From Pyrodictiaceae archaeon (GTDB taxonomy: Archaea; Thermoproteota; Thermoprotei_A; Sulfolobales; Pyrodictiaceae): a DNA stretch of 64,000 nucleotides. A program made the translations under genes and the position numbers. The notes below the pieces were generated by a model. That model was not told the DNA's origin, did no database searches, and was given only the letters and a program-made list of their open reading frames with translations. Of this stretch, positions 9,708-19,138 are shown one piece after another. Every line of letters begins with the position of its first letter. Position 1 is the first letter of the stretch. The stretch spans positions 192,001 to 256,000 of the forward strand of contig JALVSY010000030.1 in the NCBI GenBank assembly GCA_027036135.1, read 5' to 3'.

Positions 9708-10164
9708 CCCCTCAGCTTCCTCTGGAGCCCACATAGATGGGATTTACTAACATATTTTTGCTGCAGTAATGACTAGAGCTATACCAAGTTTACCAAGGTG
9801 CCGCGCCCCTATGCTTCCTGTAAACAATGGCGACACCATCTCATTGACTGGTATCAAAAATCTATATATTGTTTGTTAATATGACTCAGAAATTATATTC
9901 AATACCCTTGTTTATTTGTATAAACTACTAATAAGATTCCACTTGGTATTATTGCTAAGGATAGAAGAAGTGTAATTGTCCACACGAAGTAGAGGGGTCT
10001 GGAGCTTCTCCATAATATCTGGTATACTTTTATTAGTAAAGTGTTTTTCTTATAGTTTCTAGAAAGGACCCCTAGCTTTCCTGTGGAGTGGGAATAACGA
10101 TCCCTGTAAGGAGCGGCAGAGTTAAGAGAAGGCAAAGCCAGTTGTTCACAATGGGTAGCGGGGT

Positions 10165-10359
10165 TTGCCGCGTAGTAAGAGGAGGCAGAAGAGCTCCTCC
10201 AAGGAGGAAAAGGCGAAGGATACGTCACCCACCGTGTTTACAGCTGCAGGACTATTAGCGTTCAGCGAAGAAGAAGCATTAATAAAACTAGAACCAATAC
10301 ATGTATTGGCTCTAACCATAGGACTTATAGCAGTGGTTCTCTTCTTCTCAGTAGTCTAG
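10165..10359 (+). CDS. secG: Preprotein translocase subunit SecG/Sec61-beta
   Basis: Basic N-terminus, AAGLL.F.EE, IKLEP and one C-terminal TM helix. Confidence 0.85.
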   Translation: MPRSKRRQKSSSKEEKAKDTSPTVFTAAGLLAFSEEEALIKLEPIHVLALTIGLIAVVLFFSVV

Positions 10360-10399
10360 CGAAATAGCCAATAAGGCTAGGTATGTGAACCGAGCATGC

Positions 10400-10460
10400 T
10401 CGGTTCGCGGCCTCTATCATCATATTTTGTTCTCAGATGTCCGGCAGGGCTACTCCTCAT
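10400..10460 (-). ncRNA. Box C/D sRNA candidate
   Basis: ATGAGGA/CTGA/ATGATGA/CCGA boxes. Guides match 23S 27440-27452 (13 nt) and 27419-27429 (11 nt). Confidence 0.9.
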
Positions 10461-10612
10461 CTTCTCTCCTCTAGACCGAGCCCTAGTAAGAGATAACCAA
10501 TACCAGCGGCTAGTATAGACGAAGCTATGTCTCCTAAGTGGAGCATATACACACTCAGCGCGAAGAACCCTATTCCAGCCCCTAAGAGTGTCACGCTTAG
10601 ATACTTATTCAT
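10457..10612 (-). CDS. Small two-TM membrane protein, 51 aa (not in the ORF track)
   Basis: Translates as MNKYLSVTLLGAGIGFFALSVYMLHLGDIASSILAAGIGYLLLGLGLEERR*. It starts 7 bp after the upstream stop in the same operon. Confidence 0.7.
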   Translation of the reverse strand: MNKYLSVTLLGAGIGFFALSVYMLHLGDIASSILAAGIGYLLLGLGLEERR

Positions 10613-10619
10613 ACTCTAA

Positions 10620-11369
10620 TCACCTGACCCCAAATAGTTTGAGCAACGCGAAGTAAACTATTGCGTAGACAAGGATGTCTAGATTTCTTAGCCTCCTACT
10701 TGATGGTGTAAAAAGCTTAATGACGTAAGCTATGAGTGTTACAGCGGCATAGAAGGGCTCGTGATACGTTATTGAGGGAGCTAGGCTAGCGAGGTAAAGA
10801 GCTATCCTAAACCCGTTGTCAGGCGTTAATGTGCTTAGTAATTTTCTCGCTACTAGTGCTTCTCGTGGCACAAGTCTATGCCCGGAGTAATATCCGTAGG
10901 TGACTGAGGAAGCGAATAGTGCTGCAAAGCCATAGATTATTGCGGCGCCTTGGCTGCTTAGGCCGAGTTCTTTAAGTCCCTCGATACTCGTGTTACTCAG
11001 TGCGTATATTAGGATTGACGAATACGTTATAGTTACTATTGCTACAAGTATTCCCAGTAGTAGAATCCTTGCGCTATACCTGGGTACAGGAGTATGTGAA
11101 CGGATCCCGGTTAGCGATGAGAAGACCGCATAGAGTAATACTAATATAGAGAGCATGTTACTGAGATAAATAGCTAGTATCGCGGCCGCCGATACGGATA
11201 ACAAGTAGGATAACCAGTCAACTCTAATAGCTATAGCAGTGGCCGCTATGCTCAGGCCAACTACGGGTACTAGGATAGCAGACGGCACAGTCCCGTAATA
11301 GGTAATAACGGTAACTAATGGTAATAACGCCGACGATAACACTAGTATAGTTGAAGCACTAGGCCGCAT
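10620..11369 (-). CDS. Multi-pass membrane protein of the MoxR operon
   Basis: Many hydrophobic segments. Overlaps the DUF58 stop. Confidence 0.7.
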   Translation of the reverse strand: MRPSASTILVLSSALLPLVTVITYYGTVPSAILVPVVGLSIAATAIAIRVDWLSYLLSVSAAAILAIYLSNMLSILVLLYAVFSSLTGIRSHTPVPRYSARILLLGILVAIVTITYSSILIYALSNTSIEGLKELGLSSQGAAIIYGFAALFASSVTYGYYSGHRLVPREALVARKLLSTLTPDNGFRIALYLASLAPSITYHEPFYAAVTLIAYVIKLFTPSSRRLRNLDILVYAIVYFALLKLFGVR

Positions 11370-12651
11370 ACCTCACCAGCCTCGGTGCGACCATGTTGAC
11401 GGCTCCTAGGGCCTCTGTAAACGAGGACGCCCTTAGTACATGTACCATGGGGTAGTCCCTTAGCTTGCTCGCCGTGTACCTGTATTCCTCGAGAAAAACC
11501 TCTCTATGCATATCGGGGTACAAATAGACAATTATTAGCGGAGCTCTACGCTTCCTAGCAACATCGACTAAGTCGTCTACGTGGAGCGAGATCTCGGGAC
11601 CCGTGAGAATTACTAATGGAATATTCTCGGAATAGGCTGAGGCCTCGCGTAGCGCGTCCCGGAAATTAGCCCTAGGGGCGCTGAGGTAGGGATCGGTCAT
11701 CGAGGCACGGTTATATAGTTCAAAGAATGTCTGGGATGCATGTGCCGGGGATCTACTGAACCAGACCTCCCCGTAAAGAAAAGTGTACCCCAGTATGCCT
11801 GCACTCTGCTTAACACCCATTGCGAGCGACGAGGCCACTCGTAGTACGTTGTCGCCAGGGGTTGCCCCGGGCTCTCCTATCCACATTGGTCTAGAGAGGT
11901 CTAGGAATATGTAGAGACGGAGACGGAGCTCAGCTAGGTCCTCCCTGACCATTAATCTCTGTAAGCGGGCAGAGGCTGACCACACAATGCGTCTCGGGTC
12001 ATCCCCGGGCTGGTACTCCCTTATGCTGTAGAACTCCATTCCAGCGCCCTTAATCCTCTTAGAGTATATTTCCTCGAGCCCCAGCGTCTCTCCAGAATAC
12101 ATCCTGGTTCTAGCAGTGATTGCTACAGGGTAGTATCTAACAACAATCACGGACTCTAGGCTCCTTGCAGCACTGAAGAGGGCTAGTGGAGACGATTTCT
12201 CTAGGACTATTCTCCTCGCAGTACTAAGCCCTGGTGCACCCACGAGCCCGTATGTGTATGTCTTACACTCTCCTGGTCCCACGTTGACGAGGAATCCTGT
12301 TGCAGCTGGTACTCTGCGAGTCCTTGGGGGAGTATCCTCTAGTACCACGAGGTTATCGATATTCTCGCTGGACTTGTTGCATACACGGGTTAGTATCCTT
12401 ATGGGTGTGTTCTCAGGAGCTGCTCTCTCTACAACGTCTCTCCGAACGCTTACACGGGATAATAATGACTCGTATTTGTTGATTATCGCGTACTCTGCTG
12501 TCACGAGGACTACTAGGAGTAATGAGACGGGAAGCGTTATCGCCGGATATGCCCCGAGGAAGCCGAGAACATAAAGAAGCACAGCCGAAAACACAGCAAC
12601 AATAGCCTTTGGCGTCGGGGTTATCGCCACTCCTTGCCAGCCCTCTACCAA
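11359..12651 (-). CDS. DUF58 / vWA-like MoxR partner
   Basis: EFYSIREYQPGDDPRRIVWSASAR and a MIDAS-like LDLS..M. Confidence 0.9.
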   Translation of the reverse strand: MVEGWQGVAITPTPKAIVAVFSAVLLYVLGFLGAYPAITLPVSLLLVVLVTAEYAIINKYESLLSRVSVRRDVVERAAPENTPIRILTRVCNKSSENIDNLVVLEDTPPRTRRVPAATGFLVNVGPGECKTYTYGLVGAPGLSTARRIVLEKSSPLALFSAARSLESVIVVRYYPVAITARTRMYSGETLGLEEIYSKRIKGAGMEFYSIREYQPGDDPRRIVWSASARLQRLMVREDLAELRLRLYIFLDLSRPMWIGEPGATPGDNVLRVASSLAMGVKQSAGILGYTFLYGEVWFSRSPAHASQTFFELYNRASMTDPYLSAPRANFRDALREASAYSENIPLVILTGPEISLHVDDLVDVARKRRAPLIIVYLYPDMHREVFLEEYRYTASKLRDYPMVHVLRASSFTEALGAVNMVAPRLVRYAA

Positions 12652-12667
12652 GGCAGTTATCTAGCCG

Positions 12668-13579
12668 CTACGGGGGAGGAACCTTAGCCAATACCTCCTC
12701 TATTATCTTCTCGGGTGTTATCCCGGCAAGCTTCGCCTCCGGCTTCAATATTATCCTGTGACGCAGGGCTGGCCACGCAGCTTGCTTCACGTGGTCAGGT
12801 GTAACGTGCTTGTCTCCCCGGATATATGCCAGTGCTCTAGCTATCTGCATCATGGCTATAGCTGCTCTCGGGGAGCCGCCTAGCTGGACATGGGGGCTAT
12901 GATGAGTCGCCTCAACTATTGAAGCTATATAGTACTTTACGTTCCGATCCACGTAGATGCTCCAAATCTCTTCCCGTGCTTGTAGCAGCTGCTCCCTAGT
13001 TATCACGGGCTTTACGGGCCACTCCTCTATCGTTCTCAGCCTCTCAAGTATCTCTACTAGCTCGTCGCGCGACGGGTACCCTATCACGACCTTCGACATG
13101 AACCTGTCTACTTGTGCCTCGCTTAAGGGGTATACGCCCTCGAACTCCACGGGATTCATAGTAGCTATTACTGTGAACACGGGGGAAAGCCGGAAGGTAT
13201 TCCCCCATACTGTTACTTGTCTCTCCTGCATAGCCTCCAGTAACGCCGCCTGCGTCTTCGGGCTAGCACGGTTAATCTCATCTACTAGCACTATGTCCGC
13301 GAATATGGGGCCCCTCTCGAACTCGAAGCGGTTCTGCCTATAGACATAGGTTCCTATTATATCGCTGGGGAGTAGGTCCGGGGTGAACTGGATACGCTTA
13401 AACTCAAGACTCATTGCCGAGGCAATAGCCTTTGCTATAGTCGTCTTAGCTACTCCCGGCACACCTTCCAGGAGAACATGGCCACCAGCAAGGATTGTAG
13501 CAAGAATGTATTCCAGTTCCTCACGCTTACCCACAATAACCTTGGATACTTCATCAAGTATCTCCGAGAACACCGTCAA
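12668..13579 (-). CDS. moxR: MoxR-family AAA+ ATPase
   Basis: [26 protein letters not shown] and [11 protein letters not shown]. Confidence 0.95.
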   Translation of the reverse strand: MTVFSEILDEVSKVIVGKREELEYILATILAGGHVLLEGVPGVAKTTIAKAIASAMSLEFKRIQFTPDLLPSDIIGTYVYRQNRFEFERGPIFADIVLVDEINRASPKTQAALLEAMQERQVTVWGNTFRLSPVFTVIATMNPVEFEGVYPLSEAQVDRFMSKVVIGYPSRDELVEILERLRTIEEWPVKPVITREQLLQAREEIWSIYVDRNVKYYIASIVEATHHSPHVQLGGSPRAAIAMMQIARALAYIRGDKHVTPDHVKQAAWPALRHRIILKPEAKLAGITPEKIIEEVLAKVPPP

Positions 13580-13634
13580 TGCTTACTATGACCTCCTCTC
13601 CGCGCATGATACAGGGAGACGAGGGTTTTACGGC

Positions 13635-14639
13635 TTACTTTGATCCCGTCCTCGATACTATGGTCTTTATAGTCTTCAGCACCTCCTCTACATCCACTAG
13701 TTCCTCGCGCCGCTCCTCGGGCTTCTCTGGGAGCCCTGTGACAAGAACAGCAGTGATAAGCGGTAGAATAATCGTAGCAACAGCGACGGCCACTAGGTTG
13801 TTCTTAACCCAGGCAGCTATCCCCGCTAGTACTCCTATAGCGCCAGCTATTGTTTCCCTAAGGAAGGCGGAGACGCGTATCACTTGGCTCATACGATAAT
13901 GAGTATTATCGAACACTATATAGTGGATATGGTAGTGTTTATCGAGTAGTTTTACGAGGCCTAGCGCCACTCTTCGGGTAGACGGGAATGGTTTCAGCCC
14001 CTCGATCTCGAAGTTAGAGAAAATACTAGAATCACTAACAACGAGTGCCCATCCTTTCCCAGCCCTAACGAGTGCTGCAACAGGGTAGCGCTTACCAGGG
14101 CTCGGCTCAGCCCAGCAAACAACACGTGCTCCACTAGGTAGTTTCTTTAACCATGCTACCTTGGTTGATACTATTACCTTGCCCATACAGATTAGTGGTA
14201 CCAGGTAGCTAAGCTTACCAGTAACCCTGCTCTCGAGAAGCGAGTCGCTTATCTCTATGCCCCCGAGCATGTCTAGGAGTTTCCTAGTGTTACCCGTCTC
14301 ATCAGCTACCAGTAGGGCTATTTTTCCCTCCCTGACCAGGCTTGCTAGCGTGGCTGCCTCGGTGTCTGTGAAGGGCTTATCGGGGCCTAGTATGACGTAG
14401 AGGGTCTTTCTATGCATGTAGGAGCGAGTCGCTATGTATGAGGGAGAGCCTAGTGCGACATAGTATCCTCGCTGGGATAGGTAGGAATAGAAGTCATGTG
14501 TGCCCGTCATGAATATGTTCTCGGGGCTAGTTGAGTAAATCGAGGCAGACCTTGTAGATATGTTGCCAGCGGCTGCCGCCAAGAAGGCAGCACTAAGAAC
14601 CGCTATCACTAGTAGCGTTGTTCTCCCAGGCACTAACAA
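13635..14639 (-). CDS. DUF4350-like secreted/membrane protein
   Basis: Signal peptide, LLVADE, GKG..LVVSDSSIFSN, VFDNTH and C-terminal TMs. Typical MoxR context. Confidence 0.7.
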   Translation of the reverse strand: MLVPGRTTLLVIAVLSAAFLAAAAGNISTRSASIYSTSPENIFMTGTHDFYSYLSQRGYYVALGSPSYIATRSYMHRKTLYVILGPDKPFTDTEAATLASLVREGKIALLVADETGNTRKLLDMLGGIEISDSLLESRVTGKLSYLVPLICMGKVIVSTKVAWLKKLPSGARVVCWAEPSPGKRYPVAALVRAGKGWALVVSDSSIFSNFEIEGLKPFPSTRRVALGLVKLLDKHYHIHYIVFDNTHYRMSQVIRVSAFLRETIAGAIGVLAGIAAWVKNNLVAVAVATIILPLITAVLVTGLPEKPEERREELVDVEEVLKTIKTIVSRTGSK

Positions 14640-15168
14640 GCCTCTTCGCCTCCTCTACCTCCTCCACGCTGGGCTCCCGGGGAGAAAACACTGTTGAGTT
14701 ATAGATATCCGCGAACCTCATCAGTTTTTCATCAGGGCCGAGCAGCGCAGCAGTCTCAGTAACAGTCAACCCCTCGTAGAACCCAGATGTGCCAAGCAGC
14801 TTCCCACGTAGATAGTCGAAAAGCGACCTAAGCACGCGCTTACGCCCCTCATAGCGATACGGCGGAGAAACCGAGTAGAGCAACCCAGTGCCAGGCCCAG
14901 CGGGAACGACTTCGCCTTCGCCGCTATACCGGCTAGCAATAAGGTAGAGGAGAACAGCGACAACAAGGGCAACAACAACCGATACAACCACGGAGAATGG
15001 TACCCCATGAAGACCCGAGCTCGTAGATGAACCAGCTACAAGCCCTCCATGCCTCTCAGTACCAGTATTGTTCAAAGCAATAGCCTTGTATATATAGGAG
15101 AGATTAAGCCGAGGAGAAGAACCCCCAAGCGGTATATAGTGCTGAGGCGTATCTATGACGCTAGCCAC
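14593..15168 (-). CDS. DUF4129-like membrane-anchored protein
   Basis: One TM helix, then LT..E and F..IY...VFS. First gene of the MoxR operon. Confidence 0.55.
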   Translation of the reverse strand: MASVIDTPQHYIPLGGSSPRLNLSYIYKAIALNNTGTERHGGLVAGSSTSSGLHGVPFSVVVSVVVALVVAVLLYLIASRYSGEGEVVPAGPGTGLLYSVSPPYRYEGRKRVLRSLFDYLRGKLLGTSGFYEGLTVTETAALLGPDEKLMRFADIYNSTVFSPREPSVEEVEEAKRLVSAWENNATSDSGS

Positions 15169-15212
15169 ACCAAGAGCACCGAAAACAGTTCACTAGGCCC
15201 CGGGTAGAGGGG

Positions 15213-15289
<77 letters not shown>

Positions 15290-15349
15290 ACCCATGTAAG
15301 TGGAATGTACCCAGCCCTATCCAGGGCTATAAGGCTTCTCCCCGAGAAC

Positions 15350-15371
15350 CAGGAAAAGAGCAGGAAAAGAG
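15350..15371 (-). terminator. Tandem pyrimidine tract (CTCTTTTCCTG x2), probable terminator
   Basis: Exact 11-bp tandem repeat directly 3' (minus strand) of a GC-rich structured island. Confidence 0.4.
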
Positions 15372-15470
15372 GCTCGGATGCGGGCCTTGCCGCCATCCCC
15401 CGGAGCACCCGGGGCCCCCGGGGTTGCCGGTGCCACGGGCCTTTCAACCCGGGTTCTCTCTTCACAGCCA
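15371..15470. ncRNA. Unassigned GC-rich structured RNA candidate
   Basis: GC-rich island between two tRNAs with several stems and no credible ORF. Strand is uncertain (see findings). Confidence 0.5.
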
Positions 15471-15581
15471 CCAACCAGTACACAGAGCAATACACCCTCA
15501 TAAACCTCGTCTAAGCTCCCCAACAACCCTTGGGGGAATGAAGTATATTAATCCGAGAAACACTGTCTCCAACTAGCCTGG

Positions 15582-15640
15582 GTGAAGGGCCGCCTCCATA
15601 GAGCCCCGCTCAAGGGGGCGATGAGGCCTAGCGGCCTCGT
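15582..15640 (+). ncRNA. K-turn-containing hairpin upstream of tRNA-His
   Basis: GGCCGC/GCGGCC basal stem and a GA-GCCCC...GGGGC-GATGA kink-turn pattern. It lies between a TATA-like TATATTAA (15544-15551) and the tRNA. Confidence 0.45.
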
Positions 15641-15664
15641 GGATCCCTCGGATGAAGCATGTGA

Positions 15665-15741
15665 GGCCGCCGTAGCTCAGCCGGGAGAGCGCGGGGCTGT
15701 GGACCCCGAGGTCCCGGGTTCAAATCCCGGCGGCGGCCCCA
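15665..15741 (+). tRNA. tRNA-His(GTG) with encoded G-1
   Basis: Anticodon arm CGGGG-CTGTGGA-CCCCG, C discriminator and encoded CCA. Confidence 0.97.
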
Positions 15742-15896
15742 TTCTCGTTCCCCATTTTATTCGATATACGTGAAGAGAAGAAGGTATGTACTGGCTATTA
15801 CTATGCTTCCAGCCTAGCTTGTGTTGATTCGTTGGAGAATATACACTATGTATATTTTGTTATATTCTAGAATAACTCTTATAATGTACGCGACTA

Positions 15897-17543
15897 GTGC
15901 GCCTAATTACGGGAAAAGAGGTGACAAGCCTTAGAGACCTTATTGCCGAAAACATTGGGATGATGAAGATACTGAAACGGTATGTAGCACTTACTCTCGT
16001 AGTATTTACTCTTGCATCTCTGACGACGTATTTTGAAGCAATACTTATGAAGAAATTTATAGATTCGCTTGCTTCTAAGAGCAGTATTAGTGAAGTAGTT
16101 AAGCTAGGAATGTCTATACTCTTTGTAGTAGCATTATCTTATATTCTGAGCTTTTATGGTGAATACATGTTACAGACCCTAGGCCTAAGAAGTATTCGAA
16201 TCCTTACCTCTCGTGTATTAGAGTCCCTTTACAAGGCTAAAATTCAAGTTATAAGAGCCGGCGATGTGCTTGCCCGTATAGTCTCGGACATACCGGAGCT
16301 CTCACATGTAGTTGCAGAGTTTATACCAGCGTTACTAATTAATATAATAAATTTCATTATTGTTGTGTTTACGCTGAAAGTGCTCTCTATGCAACTATTA
16401 TTAGTCGCATTAATTCTGATACCCGTTAATTACCTTGTTTACCGAATTGCATCAAGAAAAATTTCTCTATATTCAGGCCTTGAGAGACGAAGCCTCTCAG
16501 AAATGGTCAACGAGGTTAAGACCACTATTGATAGCTTATTCCTAATAAAACGCGCAATGAGCTTCGAGTTCTTTGAAGAACGTGTAGGTTTTTCGCTTAG
16601 GCGATGGGTATCAAGCTTAATGAAATTCATTCTGTACAAGATATTTTTCAATAAATCGTATTTTTATCTAAACTCTATACTTAGAGTAATAATACTTATT
16701 ATCGGTGGTATGTTAGTAGTCAAGGGTCAAATAAGTATAGGTGCATTAATAGCATTTTCGTCGATATTGTCAAGTTTATATGAACCTATAATGAATATAG
16801 CTAATTTCCTTACATCTATGACTGCATACATACCTTACCTGGAGAGATACTATGAGGTCATAAATATTGAGAAGGAAAGAGACGGTACTAAGGAATTAAA
16901 GGAAGTTAGAAACATAGTAATCAAGAACGTCACTGTTAGCGTGGATAGAAAAGTATTGTTACAAGACATTAATATGGAGATTAAACGTGGAGAAAGCATA
17001 GGCATTAAGGGCCCCATAGGATCCGGGAAAACGACGTTCGCGTTGCTATTAACTAGATTCTACGAGCCCTCAAGCGGGGCTATACTAATTAATGAAATTG
17101 ATTATAGAGAGTATAAGTTATCCTCGCTAAGGAGAAAAATATACTATGTGCCGTCAAAGGATGTAGTACTTCCACTCACACTACGAGAAAACATCACCCT
17201 AGGCAACGATATCAGCAAGGAGGAGCTAAACAGAGTACTTAGGCTCACTAGGATAGATTTCGCGGACCCCGATACATGGATTAATCCAAGTAAGCTATCT
17301 GAGGGCCAGAAGCAGAAAATCGCATTAGCTAGAGCACTAGCACTTAAGCCTGATGTACTAATACTTGACGAGGCAACAAATAACCTAGATAGAGCCGAGG
17401 AACTAAGAATACTCAATAATATAAGAAAATACATGCCCGGCTCAACACTGATACTTATCTCTCATAGAGAGACAACACTACTAAACACTAATACCATATG
17501 CGAAATCCGCGAAGGTCGAGTAAGATGCCATAAAGCAATATGA
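15897..17543 (+). CDS. ABC exporter, fused permease and ATPase
   Basis: N-terminal TM domain, GPIGSGKT, LSEGQKQ, LILDEAT and ISHR. Confidence 0.92.
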   Translation: MRLITGKEVTSLRDLIAENIGMMKILKRYVALTLVVFTLASLTTYFEAILMKKFIDSLASKSSISEVVKLGMSILFVVALSYILSFYGEYMLQTLGLRSIRILTSRVLESLYKAKIQVIRAGDVLARIVSDIPELSHVVAEFIPALLINIINFIIVVFTLKVLSMQLLLVALILIPVNYLVYRIASRKISLYSGLERRSLSEMVNEVKTTIDSLFLIKRAMSFEFFEERVGFSLRRWVSSLMKFILYKIFFNKSYFYLNSILRVIILIIGGMLVVKGQISIGALIAFSSILSSLYEPIMNIANFLTSMTAYIPYLERYYEVINIEKERDGTKELKEVRNIVIKNVTVSVDRKVLLQDINMEIKRGESIGIKGPIGSGKTTFALLLTRFYEPSSGAILINEIDYREYKLSSLRRKIYYVPSKDVVLPLTLRENITLGNDISKEELNRVLRLTRIDFADPDTWINPSKLSEGQKQKIALARALALKPDVLILDEATNNLDRAEELRILNNIRKYMPGSTLILISHRETTLLNTNTICEIREGRVRCHKAI

Positions 17544-17640
17544 CTAAGAGACGTAAGCCTTGTTCCTCAAGAACTTCATTAGTGACAATAACCCTACGGC
17601 AATACAGGCTTATTACAATAGTAACTAATTGTATAGAACG

Positions 17641-17974
17641 TGGCTGGGCCCCGGCTGGCCGCTGACGGGCCCTCTTCGGGCCCGAGGAAACTCCGCCCTC
17701 CCCGCGGCACCGGGGCACCGAGAGGGTGCACGGGCAGTCCCCGTGGCAACGGCACAGAAACGGCACGCCCGCCTAGGGAGGACGATGAGGCGGCGAGGGC
17801 TCCCCGGCAACGGGGGCCAGTAACCCGCTGAGGACCTAGGCGGGTGCGTTGAAACGGCCGACCCCCGGGGAGCAAGGCGGCGCGCCGATGAGGGCCGCGC
17901 GAGTGGCGCGCCGGGTCCGCTTAGTCGGATGCGGCCGAAGGTACAGAAGGCGGGTTATAGCCGGGGCCCAGCCA
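17641..17974 (+). ncRNA. rnpB: RNase P RNA
   Basis: GAGGAAACTCC, ACAGAAA, TGAAAC and ACAGAAGGCGGGTTATA conserved regions. P1 helix TGGCTGGGCCCCGGCT/AGCCGGGGCCCAGCCA. Confidence 0.97.
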
Positions 17975-18060
17975 TTCCTTGGCTCTTCTTTGGTGGCTGC
18001 TTTGCTGAGTAGTTACTATATTAGTCTCCCGATTGCTACGTGGTTCTCTGGGTGCAGGAT

Positions 18061-18441
18061 TTGGGTAGGCGGAGGAGGAAGTATCGTAAGCGGCAATTGC
18101 TGCGCCCACAGCCGCGATTACCGACGGTGTTCGAGTGTCCTCACTGCGGTGCTAGGGCTATTAGTGTTGAGATAAAGAAGAAGGAGCGTAATGAGAGAGG
18201 CGAGGTAAAGGCTATAATTAGGTGCGGGAATTGCGGCCTCTATGCCGAGATGTGGGTTCCTGAGATATTCCAGCCAGTTGACGTGTATTCTAAGTTCCTT
18301 GATGCGTATCTTGAGGGCAGGATAGAGGTCAAGTTCTTAAAGAAGGCTGAGGAGCGCACGATTAGTCTAGAGGAACTGGGTGCTGAGGAGACTGGTTTTG
18401 AAACCGGGGAAGGTGGAGCAGAGTCTGAAGAAGCGTATTGA
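18061..18441 (+). CDS. elf1: Transcription elongation factor Elf1 homologue
   Basis: (M)GRRRRK, FECPHCG..CGNCG zinc ribbon and PVDVYSKFLD. TTG start at 18061 inferred. Confidence 0.9.
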   Translation: MGRRRRKYRKRQLLRPQPRLPTVFECPHCGARAISVEIKKKERNERGEVKAIIRCGNCGLYAEMWVPEIFQPVDVYSKFLDAYLEGRIEVKFLKKAEERTISLEELGAEETGFETGEGGAESEEAY

Positions 18442-19138
18442 GGCTGGGGAGAAGCTCTTCTTCCTGCTCTCTGATCCGGAGGACCCGCTAGACCCTAGCA
18501 TAGTTAAGCGATTCGAGGAAGGCGGGGCCGATGCTTTACTAGTCGGTGGCAGTCTTAACATAACGCCGCAGGACATAGATAACTATATTGACTCGTTGAG
18601 GAGGAGCGGCATAAGGCTCCCTATAATACTGTTCCCCGGGGGGCTGAACAATCTCTCTTCCAGGGCTGATGCTATCTTCTTTATGTCCCTGCTCAATAGC
18701 CTAGATACTTATTGGATTATTGGGGCACAGCTCGCAGCTGCTCTACTAGTTAGGCGAATGGGGCTGGAGGCTATCCCCACAGCCTATGTAATCATAGGGC
18801 ATGGCGGTGCGGCGGGGCATGTTGGGCGAGCCCTTCCCATACCCTACGAGAACACCTACATAGTAGCTTCATATGCTGCTGCAGCGGAGCTTCTTGGGTA
18901 TAGGTTCATCTACCTAGAGGCTGGGTCTGGTGCGCCGAAACCTGTGCCTGCCGAGGCTGTTAGCTATGCTAGGCGCGCGACAGAGGAAGCAGTGATAATC
19001 GTTGGTGGTGGTATACGCTCGGAGGAGAAAGCAATAGAGCTACTAAGCGCGGGAGCAGACGCAATAGTTATAGGTACCTTGGCGGAGAAGAACCCGCCTA
19101 AGGCGCTCCAAGTCTTAGACGCTGTTAAGAAGCGCTAG
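18380..19138 (+). CDS. Geranylgeranylglyceryl phosphate synthase
   Basis: DP, VGGS, PIILFPG, FMSLLNS, YLEAGSGA and VGGGIR. Confidence 0.93.
   Translation: MLRRLVLKPGKVEQSLKKRIEAGEKLFFLLSDPEDPLDPSIVKRFEEGGADALLVGGSLNITPQDIDNYIDSLRRSGIRLPIILFPGGLNNLSSRADAIFFMSLLNSLDTYWIIGAQLAAALLVRRMGLEAIPTAYVIIGHGGAAGHVGRALPIPYENTYIVASYAAAAELLGYRFIYLEAGSGAPKPVPAEAVSYARRATEEAVIIVGGGIRSEEKAIELLSAGADAIVIGTLAEKNPPKALQVLDAVKKR

Noticed and set aside
9711-9735. Possible C/D sRNA (CTGA plus an 8-nt rRNA match)
   Set aside because: No C box was found and the match is too far from the D box.
15615-15640. Fluoride riboswitch resemblance (GGCGATGAGGCC)
   Set aside because: It lacks the CGCC pairing and the downstream GCTGATG segment, and a tRNA follows rather than a fluoride-related gene.
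17488-18175. Overlapping short ORFs
   Set aside because: They overlap RNase P RNA and have Pro/Gly/Arg-rich non-protein composition.
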